Below are positions 1-15,000 of a stretch of DNA of 64,000 nucleotides, in pieces; position 1 is the stretch's first letter; each line of letters starts with the position of its first letter. The stretch is from positions 7,812,001 through 7,876,000 of the forward strand of contig OZ024740.1 in NCBI GenBank assembly GCA_964016885.1, read 5' to 3'. The DNA is from Eledone cirrhosa. Lineage: Eukaryota. Position numbers and translations under genes: made by a program. Under the pieces are notes generated by a model. That model searched no databases, had not been told where the DNA came from, and saw nothing but the letters and a program-made list of their open reading frames with translations.

Positions 1-3000
1 TATCTGTTTCGATTAGTATGTCCGTTTCTATTGGTATATCAGTTTCGATTGTTATATCTGTTTCGATTGGTATGTCAATTTCTATTGGTAGATCAGTTTT
101 GATTGGTATGTTAGTTACTATTGGTATATCAGTTTCGATTAGTATATCAGTTTCTATTGGTATGTTAGTTTCGATAGGTATGTTAGTCCTCGATTTGTAT
201 GTCAGTTTCTATTGGTATATCTGTTTCGATGGGTATGTCAGTTTCGATTTGTATGTCAGTTTCTATTGGTATATCAGCTTCGATTGGTATATCCGTTTAG
301 ATTAGTATGTCAGTTTCTATTGGTATGTCAGTTTCGGTCAGTATAACAGTTTCTATTGGTATGTCAGTTTCGATTGGTATGTCAGTTTCTATTGGTATAT
401 CAGTTTCGATTGGCAAAGCAATTCCGATTGGTATATCAGTTTCGATTGGTATGTCAGTTTCCATTGGTATATCAGTTTCGATTGGTATGTCAGTTTCAAT
501 TGGTATATCAGTTTCGATTGGTATGTCAGTTTGTATTGGTATATTAGTTTCTATTGGTATGTCAGTTTCGATAGGTATGTCAGTTTCGATTGGTATGTTA
601 GTTTCGATCGTTATGTCAGTATCGATTGGTATATCAGTTTCTATTGGTATGACAGTTTCGATTGGTATATCAGTTTCGATTGGTATGTCAGTTTCGATTG
701 TTATGTCAGTTTCGATTGGTATGTCAGTTTCGTTTAGTATGTAAGTTTCCATTGGTATGTTAATTTCGATTGGTATATCAGTTTTGATTAGTATGTCAGT
801 TTCTATTGGTATATCAGTTTCGATTGGTATATCAGTTTCGACTGGTATATCAGTTTCGATTGGTATATCAGTTTCAATTGGTATATCAGTTTCGACTGGT
901 ATGTCAGTTTCGATTGGTATATCAGGTTCGATTGGTATATCAGTTTTGATTGGTATATCAGTTTCGATTGGTATATCAGTTTCCATTAGTATGTCAGTTT
1001 CTATTGGTATATCAGTTTCGATTGGTATATCAGTTTCAATTTGTATGTCAGTTTCTATTGGTATATCAGTTCCTGTTGGGATGTCAGTTTCGATTGGTAT
1101 ATCAGTTTCGATTGGTATATCAGATCCTATTGCTATATCAGTTTCTATTGGTATGTTTGTTTCGATTGGTATGTAAGTGTCGATTGGTATATCAGTTTCG
1201 ATTGATATGTCAGTTTCGATTGGTATATCAGTTTGTATTGATATATCAGTTTAGATTGGTATGTCAGTTTCGATTCGTATGTCAGTTTCGATTGGTATAT
1301 CTGTTTCGATTGGTATGTCAGTTTCTATTGGTATATTAGTTTCTATTGGTATGTCAGTTTCGATAGGTATGTCAGTTTCTATTGGTATATCAGTTTCGAT
1401 TGGTATGTTAGTTTCGATCGTTATGTCAGTTTCGATTGGTATATCAGTTTCAATTCGTATGTAAGTTTTTATTGGTATATCAGTTCCTGTTGGGATGTCA
1501 GTTTCGATTGGTATATCAGTTTCGATTGGTATATCAGATCCTATTGCTATATCAGTTTCTATTGTTATGTCAGTTTCGATTGGTATGTAAGTGTCGATTG
1601 GTATATCAGTTTCGATTGGTATGTCAGTTTCGATTGGTATATCAGTTTCTATTGATATATCAGTTTAGATTGGTACGTCAGTTTCGATTCGTATGTCAGC
1701 TTCGATTGGTATATCAGTTTCGAATCGTATGTCCGTTTCTATTGATATATCTGTTTTTATTGGTATATCAGTTCCTGTTGGGATGTCAGTTTTTATTGGT
1801 ATATCAGTTTCGATTTGTATGTCAGTTTCTATTGGTATGTCAGTTTCGATTATTATATCAGTGACTATTGGTATGTCAATTTCGATTGGTATGTCTGTTT
1901 CTATTGGTATGTCAGTTTCTATTGGTAAATCAGCTTTGATTGGTATATCAGTTTAGATTAGTATGTCAGTTTCTATTGGTATGTCAGTTTTGGTCAGTAT
2001 ATCAGTTTCTATTGGTATGTCAGTTTCGATTGCTATGTCAGTTTCGATTAGTATGTCAGTTTCTAATGGTATGTCAGTTTCGATTAGTATATCAGTTTCT
2101 ATTGGTATGTCAGTTTGGATTGGTATGTCAGTCTGGATTGGTATATCAGTTTCGATTGTTATATCAGTTTCGATTGGTATGTAAATTTCTATTTGTATAT
2201 CAGTTTCTATTGGTATGTCAGTTTCGATAGGTATGTCAGTTTCGATTGTTATGACAATTTCGATCAGTATATCTGTTTCGATTAGTATGTCCGTTTCTAT
2301 TGGTATATCAGTTTCGATTGTTATATCTGTTTCGATTGGTATGTCAATTTCTATTGGTAGATCAGTTTTGATTGGTATGTTAGTTACTATTGGTATATCA
2401 GTTTCGATTAGTATATCAGTTTCTATTGGTATGTCAGTTTCGATAGGTATGTTAGTCCTCGATTTGTATGTCAGTTTCTATTGGTATATCTGTTTCGATG
2501 GGTATGTCAGTTTCGATTGGTATGTCAGTTTCTATTGGTATATCAGCTTCGATTGGTATATCCGTTTAGATTAGTATGTCCGTTTCTATTGGTATGTCAG
2601 TTTCGGTCAGTATAACAGTTTCTATTGGCATGTCAGTTTCGATTGGTATGTCAGTTTCTATTGGTATATCAGTTTCGATTGGCAAAGCAATTTCGATTGG
2701 TATATCAGTTTCGATAGGTATGTCAGTTTCCATTGGTATATCAGTTTCGATTGGTATGTCAGTTTCGATTGGTATATCAGTTTCGATTGGTATGTCAGTT
2801 TCTATTGGTATATTAGTTTCTATTGGTATGTCAGTTTCGATAGGTATGTCAGTTTCTATTGGTATATCAGTTTCGATTGGGATGTCAGTGTCGATTGGTA
2901 TATCAGTTTCGATTGGTATATCAGTTCCTATTGCTATATATGTTTCTATTGGTATGTCAGTTTCGATTGGTATATCAGTTTCGATTGGTATGTCAGTTTC

Positions 3001-6000
3001 GATTGGTATGTCAGTTTCGATTGGTATATCAGTTTCGAATAGTGCGTCAATCTCGATTGTTATGTCAGTTTCGATTGGTATATCACTTTCGATTGGTATG
3101 TCAGTTTCGATTAGTATATCAGTTTCTATTAGTATGTCAGTTTCTATTGGTATATCAGCTTCGATTGGTATATCCGTTTAGATTAGTATGTCAGTTTCTA
3201 TTGGTATGTCAGTTTCGGTCAGTATAACAGTTTCTATTGGTATGTCAGTTTCGATTGGTATGTCAGTTTCTATTGGTATATCAGTTTCGATTGGCAAAGC
3301 AATTCCGATTGGTATATCAGTTTCGATTGGTATGTCAGTTTCCATTGGTATATCAGTTTCGATTCGTATGTCAGTTTCGATTGGTATATCAGTTTCGATT
3401 GGTATGTCAGTTTCTATTGGTATATTAGTTTCTATTGGCATGTCAGTTTCGATAGGTATGTCAGTTTCTATTGGTATATCAGTTTCGATTGGTATGTTAG
3501 TTTCGATCGTTATGTCAGTTTCGATTGGTATATCAGTTTCGATTGGTATGTCAGTTTTGATTGTTATGTCAGTTTCGATTGGTATGTTAATTTCGATTGG
3601 TATATCAGTTTCGATTAGTATGTCAGTTTCTATTGGTATATCAGTTTCGATTGGTATATCAGTTTCGACTGGTATATCAGTTTCTATTGGTATATCAGTT
3701 TCGATTGGTATATCAGTTTCGACTGGTATGTCAGTTTCGATTGGTATATCAGGTTCGATTGGTATATCAGTTTTGATTGGTATATCAGTTTCGATTGGTA
3801 TATCAGTTTCCATTAGTATGTCAGTTTCTATTGGTATATCAGTTTCGATTGGTATATCAGTTTCAATTTGTATGTCAGTTTCTATTGGTATATCAGTTCC
3901 TGTTGGGATGTCAGTTTCGATTGGTATGTCAGTTTTGATTGTTATGTCAGTTTCGATTGGTATGTTAATTTTGATTGGTATATCAGTTTTGATTAGTATG
4001 TCAGTTTCTATTGGTATATCAGTTTCGATTGGTATATCAGATCCTATTGCTATATCAGTTTCTATTGGTAGTCTGTTTCGATTGGTATGTAAGTGTCGAT
4101 TGGTATATCAGTTTCGATTGGTATGTCAGTTTCGATTGCTATATCAGTTTCTATTGGTTTAGATTGGTTTGTCAGTTTCGATTCTTATATCAGTTTCGAT
4201 TCGTATATCAGTTTCGATTGGTATATCAGTTTCGATTAGTATGTCCGTTTCTATTGATATATCTGTTTCTATTGGTATGTCAGTTGCGATAGGTATGTCA
4301 GTTTTTATTGGTATATCAGTTTCGATTTGTATGTCAGTTTCTATTGGTATGTCAGTTTCGATTATTATATCAGTGACTATTGGTATGTCAGTTTCGATTG
4401 GTATGTCAATTCCGATTGGTATATCAGTTTCTATTGGTATGTCAGTTTCTATTGGTAAATCAGCTTTGATTGGTATATCAGTTTAGATTAGTATGTCAGT
4501 TTCTATTGGTATGTCAGTTTTGGTCAGTATATCAGTTTCTATTGGTATGTCAGTTTCGATTGCTATGTCAGTTTCAATTGGTATATCAGTTTCGATTGGT
4601 ACATCAGTTTAGATTAGTATGTCAGTTTCGATTGGTATGTCAGTTTCGATTAGTATGTCAGTTTCTATTGGTATATCAGTTTCGATTGATATATCAGTTT
4701 CGATTAGTATGTCAGTTTCTAATGGTATGTCAGTTTCGATTAGTATATCAGTTTCTATTGGTATGTCAGTTTGGATTGGTATGTCAGTCTGGATTGGTAT
4801 ATCAGTTTCGATTGTTATATCAGTTTCGATTGGTATGTAAGTTTCTATTGGTATATCAGTTTCTATTGGTATGTCAGTTTCGATTGGTATGTCAGTTTCG
4901 ATTGTTATGTCAATTTCGATTGGTATATCTGTTTCGATTAGTATGTCCGTTTCTATTGGTATATCAGTTTCGATTGTTATATCTGTTTCGATTGGTATGT
5001 CAATTTCTATTGGTAGATCAGTTTTGATTGGTATGTTAATTACTATTGGTATATCAGTTTCGATTAGTATATCAGTTTCTATTGGTATGTCAGTTTCGAT
5101 AGGTATGTTAGTCCTCGATTTGTATGTGAGTTTCTATTGGTATATCTGTTTCGATGGGTATGTCAGTTTCGATTGGTATATCAGTTTCTATTGGTATATT
5201 AGTTTCGATTGGTATGTCAGTTTCTATTGGTATATTAGTTTCTATTGGTATGTCAGTTCCTATTGGTATATTAGTTTCGATAGGTATGTCAGTTTCTATT
5301 GGTATATCAGTTTCTATTGGTATGTCAGTTTCGATAGGTATGTTAGTCCTCGATTTGTATGTCAGTTTCTATTGGTATATCTGTTTCGATGGGTATGTCA
5401 GTTTCGATTGGTATGTCAGTTTCTATTGGTATATCAGTTTCTATTGGTATATCAGTTTCGATTGGTATGTTAATTTCGATCGTTATGTCAGTTTCGATTG
5501 GTATATCAGTTTCGATTGGTATGTCAGTTTCGATTGTTATGTCAGTTTCGATTGGTATGTCAGTTTCGTTTAGTATGTAAGTTTCCATTGGTATGTTAAT
5601 TTCGATTGGTATATCAGTTTTGATTAGTATGTCAGTTTCTATTGGTATATCAGTTTCGATTGGTATATCAGTTTCGACTGGTATATCAGTTTCGATTGGT
5701 ATATCAGTTTCAATTGGTATATCAGTTTCGACTGGTATGTCAGTTTCGATTGGTATATCAGGTTCGATTGGTATATCAGATTCCATTAGTATGTCAGTTT
5801 CTATCGTTATATCAGTTTCGATTGGTATATCAGTTTCAATTTGTATGTCAGTTTTGATTGGTATATCAGTTCCTGTTGGGATGTCAGTTTCGATTGGTAT
5901 ATCAGTTTCGATTGGTATATCAGATCCTATTGCTATATCAGTTTCTATTGGTATGTCTGTTTCGATTGGTATGTAAGTGTCGATTGGTATATCAGTTTCG

Positions 6001-9000
6001 ATTAGTATGTCAGTTTTGATTGGTATATCAGTTTCTATTGATATATCAGTTTAGATTGGTATGTCAGTTTCGATTCGTATGTCAGTTTCGATTGGTATAT
6101 CAGTTTCGATTGGTATGTCAGTTTCTATTGGTATATTAGTTTCTATTGGTATGTCAGTTTCGATAGGTATGTCAGTTTCTATTGGTATATCAGTTTCGAT
6201 TGGTATGTTAGTTTCGATCGTTATGTCAGTTTCGATTGGTATATCAGTTTCTATTGGTATGATAGTTTCGATTGGTATATCAGTTTCGATTGGTATGTCA
6301 GTTTCGATTGTTATGTCAGTTTCGATTGGTATGTCAGTTTCGTTTAGTATGTAAGTTTCCATTGGTATGTTAATTTCGATTGGTATATCAGTTTTGATTA
6401 GTATGTCACTTTCTATTGGTATATCAGTTTCGATTGGTATATCAGTTTCGACTGGTATATCAGTTTCGATTGGTATATCAGTTTCAATTGGTATATCAGT
6501 TTCGACTGATATGTCAGTTTCGATTGGTATATCAATTTTGATTGGTATAACAGTTTCGATTGGTATATCAGTTTCCATTAGTATGTCAGTTTCTATTGGT
6601 ATATCAGTTTCGATTGGTATATCAGTTTCAATTTGTATGTAAGTTTCTATTGGTATATCAGTTCCTGTTGGGATGTCAGTTTCGATTGGTATATCAGTTT
6701 CGATTGGTATATCAGATCCTATTGCTATATCAGTTTCTATTGGCATGTCTGTTTCGATTGGTATGTAAGTGTCGATTGGTATATCAGTTTCGATTGGTAT
6801 GTCAGTTTCGATTGGTATATCAGTTTCTATTGATATATCAGTTTAGATTGGTATGTCAGTATCGATTCGTATGTCAGGTTCTTTTGGTATATCAGTTTCG
6901 ATTGGTATGTCAGTTTCCATTGGTATATCAGTTTCGATTGGTATGTCAGTTTCGATTGGTATATCAGTTTCGATTGGTATGTCAGTTTCTATTGGTATAT
7001 TAGTTTCTATTGGTATGTCAGTTTCGATAGGTATGTCAGTTTCTATTGGTATATCAGTTTCGATTGGTATGTTAGTTTCGATCGTTATGTCAGTTTCGAT
7101 TGGTATATCAGTTTCTATTGGTATGACAGTTTCGATTGGTATATCAGTTTCGATTGGTATGTCAGTTTCGATTGTTATGTCAGTTTCGATTGGTATGTTA
7201 ATTTCGATTGGTATATCAGTTTTGATTAGTATGTCAGTTTCTATTGGTATATCAGTTTCGATTGGTATATCGGTTTCGACTGGTATATCAGTTTCGATTG
7301 GTATATCAGTTTCGATTGGTATATCAGGTTCGATTGGTATATCAGTTTTGATTGGTACATCAGTTTCGATTGGTATATCAGTTTCCATTAGTATGTCAGT
7401 TTCTATTGGTATATCAGTTTCGATTGGTATATCAGTTTCAATTTGTATGTCAGTTTCTATTGGTATATCAGTTCCTGTTGGGATGTCAGTTTCGATTGGT
7501 ATATCAGTTTCGATTGGTAATATCAGATCCTATTGCTATATCAGTTTCTATTGGTATATCAGTTTCGATTGGTATATCAGTTTCGATTGGTATATCAGTT
7601 TCTATTGATATATCAGTTTAGATTGGTATGTCAGTTTCGATTCGTATGTCAGTTTCGATTGGTATATCAGTTTCGATTGGTATATCAGTTACTATTGATA
7701 TATCAGTTTTTATTGGTATATCAGTTTCGATTTGTATGTCAGTTTCGATTTGTATGTCAGTTTCTATTGTTATGTCAGTTTTGGTCAGTATATCAGTTTC
7801 TATTGGTATGTCAGTTTCGATTGCTATGTCAGTTTCAATTGGTATATCAGTTTCGATTGGTATATCAGTTTAGATTAGTATGTCAGTTTCGATTGGTATG
7901 TCAGTTTCGATTAGTATGTCAGTTTCTATTGGTATATCAGTTTCGATTGATATATCAGTTTCGATTAGTATGTTAGTTTCTAATGGTATGTCAGTTTCGA
8001 TTAGTATATCAGTTTCTATTGGTATGTCAGTTTGGATTGGTATGTCAGTCTGGATTGGTATATCAGTTTCGATTGTTATATCAGTTTCGATTGTTATGTC
8101 AATTTCGATTGGTATATCTGTTTCGATTAGTATGTCCGTTTCTATTGGTATATCAGTTTCGATTGTTATATCTGTTTCGATTGGTATATCAGTTTCGATA
8201 GGTATGTTAGTCCTCGATTTGTATGTCAGTTTCTATTGGTATATCTGTTTCGATGGGTATGTCAGTTTCGATTGGTATGTCAGTTTCTCTTGGTATATCA
8301 GCTTGGATTGGTATATCCTTTTAGATTAGTATGTCAGTTTCAATTGGTATGTCAGTTTCGGTCACTATAACAGTTTCTATTGCTATGTCAGTTTCGATTG
8401 GTATGTCAGTTTCTATTGGTATATCAGTTTCGATTGGCAAAGCAATTCCGATTGGTATATCAGTTTCGATAGGTATGTCAGTTTCCATTGGTATATCAGT
8501 TTCGATTGGTATGTCAGTTTCGATTGGTATATCAGTTTCGATTGGTATGTCAGTTTCTATTGGTATATTATTATATATTGGTATGTCAGTTTCGATCGGT
8601 ATGTCAGTTTCTATTGGTATATCAGTTTCGATTGGGATGTCAGTGTCGATTGGTATATCAGTTTCGATTGGTATATCAGTTCCTATTGCTATATATGTTT
8701 CTATTGGTATGTCAGTTTCTATTGGTATATCAGTTTCGATTGGTATCTCAGTTTCGATTATTATATCAGTTTCTATTGGTATATCAGTTTAGATTGGTAT
8801 GTCAGTTTCGATTGGTATGTCAGTTTCGATTGGTATATCAGTTTCGAATAGTGCGTCAATCTCGACTGGTATGTCAGTTTCTATTGGTATATCAGCTTCG
8901 ATTGGTATATCCGTTTAGATTAGTATGTCAGTTTCTATTGGTATATCAGTTTCGAATGGTATGTCAGTTTCTATTGGTATATCAGTTTTGATTGGCAAAG

Positions 9001-12000
9001 CAATTCCGATTGGTATATCAGTTTCAATTGGTATGTCAGTTTCCATTGGTATATCTGTTTCGATTGGTATGTCAGTTTCGATTGGTATATCAGTTTCGAT
9101 TGGTATGTCAGTTTCTATTGGTATATTAGTTTCTATTGGTATATCAGATTCGATTGGTATGTTAGTTTCGATCGTTATATCAGTTTCGATTGGTATATCA
9201 GTTTCTATTGGTATGACAGTTTTGATTGGTATATCAGTTTCGATTGGTATGTCAGTTTCGATTGTTATGTCAGTTTCGATTGGTATGTTAATTTCGATTG
9301 GTATATCAGTTTTGATTAGTATGTCAGTTTCTATTGGTATATCAGTTTCGATTGGTATATCAGTTTTGACTGGTATATCAGTTTCGATTGGTATATCAGT
9401 TTCGATTGGTATATCAGTTTCGACTGGTATGTCAGTTTCGATAGGTATATCAGGTTCGATTGGTATATCAGTTTTGATTGGTATATCAGTTTCGATGGGT
9501 ATATCAGTTTCCATTAGTATGTCAGTTTCTATTGGTATATCAGTTTCGATTGGTATGTTAGTTTCGATCGTTATGTCAGTTTCGATTGGTATATCAGTTT
9601 CTATTGGTATGACAGTTTCGATTGGTATATCAGTTTCGATTGGTATGTCAGTTTCGATTGTTATGTCAGTTTCGATTGGTATGTTAATTTCGATTGGTAT
9701 ATCAGTTTTGATTAGTATGTCAGTTTCTATTGGTATATCAGTTTCGATTGGTATATCGGTTTCGACTGGTATATCAGTTTCGATTGGTATATCAGTTTCG
9801 ATTGGTATATCAGGTTCGATTGGTATATCAGTTTTGATTGGTACATCAGTTTCGATTGGTATATCAGTTTCCATTAGTATGTCAGTTTCTATTGGTATAT
9901 CAGTTTCGATTGGTATATCAGTTTCAATTTGTATGTCAGTTTCTATTGGTATATCAGTTCCTGTTGGGATGTCAGTTTCGATTGGTATATCAGTTTCGAT
10001 TGGTAATATCAGATCCTATTGCTATATCAGTTTCTATTGGTATATCAGTTTCGATTGGTATATCAGTTTCGATTGGTATATCAGTTTCTATTGATATATC
10101 AGTTTAGATTGGTATGTCAGTTTCGATTCGTATGTCAGTTTCGATTGGTATATCAGTTTCGATTGGTATATCAGTTTCTATTGATATATCAGTTTTTATT
10201 GGTATATCAGTTTCGATTTGTATGTCAGTTTCGATTTGTATGTCAGTTTCTATTGTTATGTCAGTTTTGGTCAGTATATCAGTTTCTATTGGTATGTCAG
10301 TTTCGATTGCTATGTCAGTTTCAATTGGTATATCAGTTTCGATTGGTATATCAGTTTAGATTAGTATGTCAGTTTCGATTGGTATGTCAGTTTCGATTAG
10401 TATGTCAGTTTCTATTGGTATATCAGTTTCGATTGATATGTAAGTTTCTATTGGTATATCAGTTTCTATTGGTATGTCAGTTTCGATTGGTATGTCAGTT
10501 TCGATTGTTATGTCAATTTCGATTGGTATATCTGTTTCGATTAGTATGTCCGTTTCTATTGGTATATCAGTTTCGATTGGTATGTCAGTTTCGATTGGTA
10601 TATCAGTTTCTATTGATATATCAGTTTAGATTGGTATGTCAGTTTCCATTGGTATGTCAGTTTCGATTCGTATGTCAGTTTCGATTGGTATATCAGTTTC
10701 GATTGGTATGTCAGTTTCTATTGGTATATTAGTTTCTATTGGTATGTCAGTTTCGATAGGTATGTCAGTTTCTATTGGTATATCAGTTTCGATTGGTATG
10801 TTAGTTTCTATTGGTATGACAGTTTCGAATGGTATATCAGTTTCGATTGGTATATCAGTTTCGATTGGTATATCAGTTTCGACTGGTATGTCAGTTTCGA
10901 TTGGTATATCAATTTTGATTGGTATATCAGTTTCGATTGGTATATCAGTTTCCATTAGGATGTTAGTTTCTATTGGTATATCAGTTTCGATTGGTATATC
11001 AGTTTCAGTTTGTATGTCAGTTTCTATTGGTATATCAGTTCCTGTTGGGATGTCAGTTTCGATTGGTATATCAGTTTCGATTGGTATATCAGATCCTATT
11101 GCTATATCAGTTTCTATTGGTATGTCTGTTTCGATTGGTATGTAAGTGTCGATTGGTATATCAGTTTCGATTGTTATGTCAGTTTCGATTGGTATATCAG
11201 TTTCTATTGATATATCAGTTTAGATTGGTATGTCAGTTTCGATTCGTATGTCAGTTTCGATTGGTATATCAGTTTCGATTGGTATGTCCGTTTCCATTGA
11301 TATATCTGTTTCTATTGGTATGTCAGTTGCGATAGGTATGTCAGTTTTTATTGGTATATCAGTTTCGATTTGTATGTCAGTTTCTATTGTTATATCAGTG
11401 ACTATTGGTATGTCAGTTTCGATTGGTATGTCAATTTCGATTGGTATATCAGTTTCTATTGGTATGTCAGTTTCTAATGGTAAATCAGTTTTGATTGGTA
11501 TATCAGTTTAGATTAGTATGTCAGTTTCTATTGGTATGTCAGTTTTGGTCAGTATATCAGTTTCTATTGGTATGTCAGTTTCGATTGCTATGTCAGTTTC
11601 AATTGGTATATCAGTTTTGATTGGTATATCAGTTTAGATTAGTGTGTCAGTTTCGATTGGTATGTCAGTTTCGATTAGTATGTCAGTTTCTATTGGTATA
11701 TCAGTTTCGATTGATATATCAGTTTCGATTAGTATGTCAGTTTCTAATGGTATGTCAGTTTCGATTAGTAAATCAGTTTCTATTGGTATGTCAGTTTGGA
11801 TTGGTATGTCAGTCTGGATTGGTATATCAGTTTCGATTGTTATATCAGTTTCGATTGTTATGTAAGTTTCTATTGGTATATCAGTTTCTATTGGTATGTC
11901 AGTTTCGATCGGTATGTCAGTTTCGATTGTTATGTCAATTTCGATTGGTAGATCAGTTTTGATTGGTATGTTAGTTACTATTTGTATATCAGTTTCGATT

Positions 12001-15000
12001 AGTATATCAGTTTCTATTGGTATGTCAGTTTCGATAGGGAAGTTAGTCCTCGATTTGTATGTCAGTTTCTATTGGTATATCTGTTTCGATGGGTATGTCA
12101 GTTTCGATTGGTATGTCAGTTTCTATTGGTATATCAGCTTCGATTGGTATATCCGTTTAGATTAGTATGTCAGTTTCTATTGGTATGTCAGTTTCGGTCA
12201 GTATAACAGTTTCTATTGGTATGTCAGTTTCGATTGGTAATTCAGTTTCTATTGGTATATCAGTTTCGATTGGCAAAGCAATTCCGATTGGTATATCAGT
12301 TTCGATTGGTATGTCAGTTTCCATTGGTATATCAGTTTCGATTAGTATGTCAGTTTCGATTGGTATATCAGTTTTGATTGGTATGTCAGTTTCTATTGGT
12401 ATATTAGTTTCTATTGGTATGTCAGTTTCGATAGGTATGTCAGTTTCTATTGGTATATCAGTTTCGATTGGTATGTTAGTTTCGATCGTTATGTCAGTTT
12501 CGATTGGTATATCAGTTTCTATTGGTATGACAGTTTCGATTGGTATATCAGTTTCAATTGGTATGTCAGTTTCGATTGTTATGTCAGTTTCGATTGGTAT
12601 GTCAGTTTCGTTTAGTATGTAAGTTTCCATTGGTATGTTAATTTCGATTGGCATATCAGTTTTGATTAGTATGTCAGTTTCTATTGGTATATCAGTTTCG
12701 ATTGGTATATCAGTTTCGACTGGTATATCAGTTTAGATTGGTATATCAGTTTCGATTGGTATATCAGTTTCGACTGGTATGTCAGTTTCGATTGGTATAT
12801 CAGGTTCGATTAGTATATCAGTTTTGATTGGTATATCAGTTTCGATTGGTATGTCAGTTTCGATTGGTATATCAGTTTCTATTGATATATCAGTTTAGAT
12901 TGGTATGTCAGTTTCGATTCGTATGTCAGTTTCGATTGGTATATCAGTTTCGATTGGTATGTCCGTTTCTATTGATATATCTGTTTCTATTGGTATATCA
13001 GGTTCGATTAGTATATCAGTTTTTATTGGTATATCAGTTTCGATTTGTATGTCAGTTTCTATTGGTATGTCAGTTTCGATTATTATATCAGTGACTACTG
13101 GTATGTCAGTTTCGATTGGTATGTCAATTTCGATTGGTATATCAGTTTCTATTGGTATGTCAGTTTCTATTGGTAAATCAGCTTTGATTGGTATATCAGT
13201 TTAGATTAGTATGTCAGTTTCTATTGGTATGTCAATTTTGGTCATTATATCAGTTTCTATTGGTATGTCAGTTTTGATTACTATGTCAGTTTCAATTGGT
13301 ATATCAGTTTCGATTGGTATATCAGTTAAGATTAGTATGTCAGTTTCGATTGGTATATCAGTTTCGATTAGTATGTCAGTTTCTATTGGTATATCAGTTT
13401 CGATTGATATATCAGTTTCGATTAGTATGTCAGTTTCTAATGGTATGTCAGTTTCGATTAGTATATCAGTTTCTATTGGTATGTCAGTTTGGATTGGTAT
13501 GTCAGTCTGGATTGGTATATCAGTTTCGATCGTTATATCAGTTTCGATTGGTATGTTAGTTTCTATTGGTATATCAGTTTCTATTGGTATGTCAGTTTCG
13601 ATTGGTATGTCAGTTTCGATTGTTCTGTCAATTTCGATTGGTATATCTGTTTCGATTAGTATGTCCGTTTCTATTGGTATATCAGTTTTGATTGTTATAT
13701 CTGTTTCGATTGGTATGTCAATTTCTATTGTTATATCAGTTTCGATTGGTATGTTAGTTTCTATTGGTATATCAGTTTCTATTGGTATGTCAGTTTCGAT
13801 TGGTATGTCAGTTTCGATTGTTATGTCAATTTCGATTGGTATATCTGTTTCGATTAGTATGTCCGTTTCTATTGGTATATCAGTTTCGATTGTTATATCT
13901 GTTTCGATTGGTATGTCAATTTCTATTGGTATATCAGTTTCGATTGGTATATCAGTTAAGATTAGTATGTCAGTTTTGATTGGTATGTCAGTTTCGATTA
14001 GTATGTCAGTTTCTATTGGTATATCAGTTTCGATTGATATATCAGTTTCGATTAGTACGTCAGTTTCTAATGGTATGTCAGTTTCGATTAGTATATCAGT
14101 TTCTATTGGTATGTCAGTTTCGATAGGTATGTTAGTCCTCGATTTGTATGTCAGTTTCTATTGGTATATCTGTTTCGATGGGTATGTCAGTTTCGATTGG
14201 TATGTCAGTTTCTATTGGTATATCAGTTTCGAATGGTATGTCTGTTTCGATTAGTATATCAGTTTCTATTGGTATGTCAGTTTCTATTTGTATATCAGTT
14301 TGGATTGGTATATCAGATTCGATTGGTATGACAGTTTCGATTGGTATGTCAGTTTCGATTGGTATATCAGTTTCCATTGGTATGTCAGATTCGATTGGAA
14401 TGTCAGTTTCTATTGGTATATCAGTTTCGATTGGTATGTCAGTTTCTATTGGTATATTAGTTTCAATTGGTATGTTAGTTTCAATTGTAAGTCAGCTTCG
14501 ATTAGTATATCAGTTTCTATTGGTATGTCAGTTTCGATTGGTATATCAGTTTCAATTTGTATGTCAGTTTCTATTGGTATATCAGTTCCTATTGGGATGT
14601 CAGTGTCGATTGGTATATCAGTTTCGATTGGTATATCAGTTTCGATTGGTATGTCAGTTTCGATTAGTATATCAGTTTCTATTGGTATATCAGTTTAGTT
14701 TGGTATGTCAGTTTCGATTTGTATGTCAATTTCGATTGGTATATCAGTTTCGAATAGTGCGTCAATCTCGATTGGTATGTCAATTTCGATTAGTATATCA
14801 GTTTCTATTAGTATGTCAGTTTCTATTGGTATGTCAGTTTCGGTCAGTATAACAGTTTCTATTGGTATGTCAGTTTCGATTGGTATGTCAGTTTCTATTG
14901 GTATATCAGTTTCGATTGGCAAAGCAATTCCGATTGGTATATCAGTTTCGATTGGTATTTCAGTTTCCATTGGTATATCAGTTTCGATTGGTATGTCAGG

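Noticed and set aside
1-60. Monomer as a dimer of a 9-bp ancestral unit, or as a telomeric repeat
   Set aside because: The halves ATTGGTATR and TCAGTTTCK match at only about 3 of 9 positions; there is no TTAGGG-like motif and the array is too heterogeneous for telomerase products.
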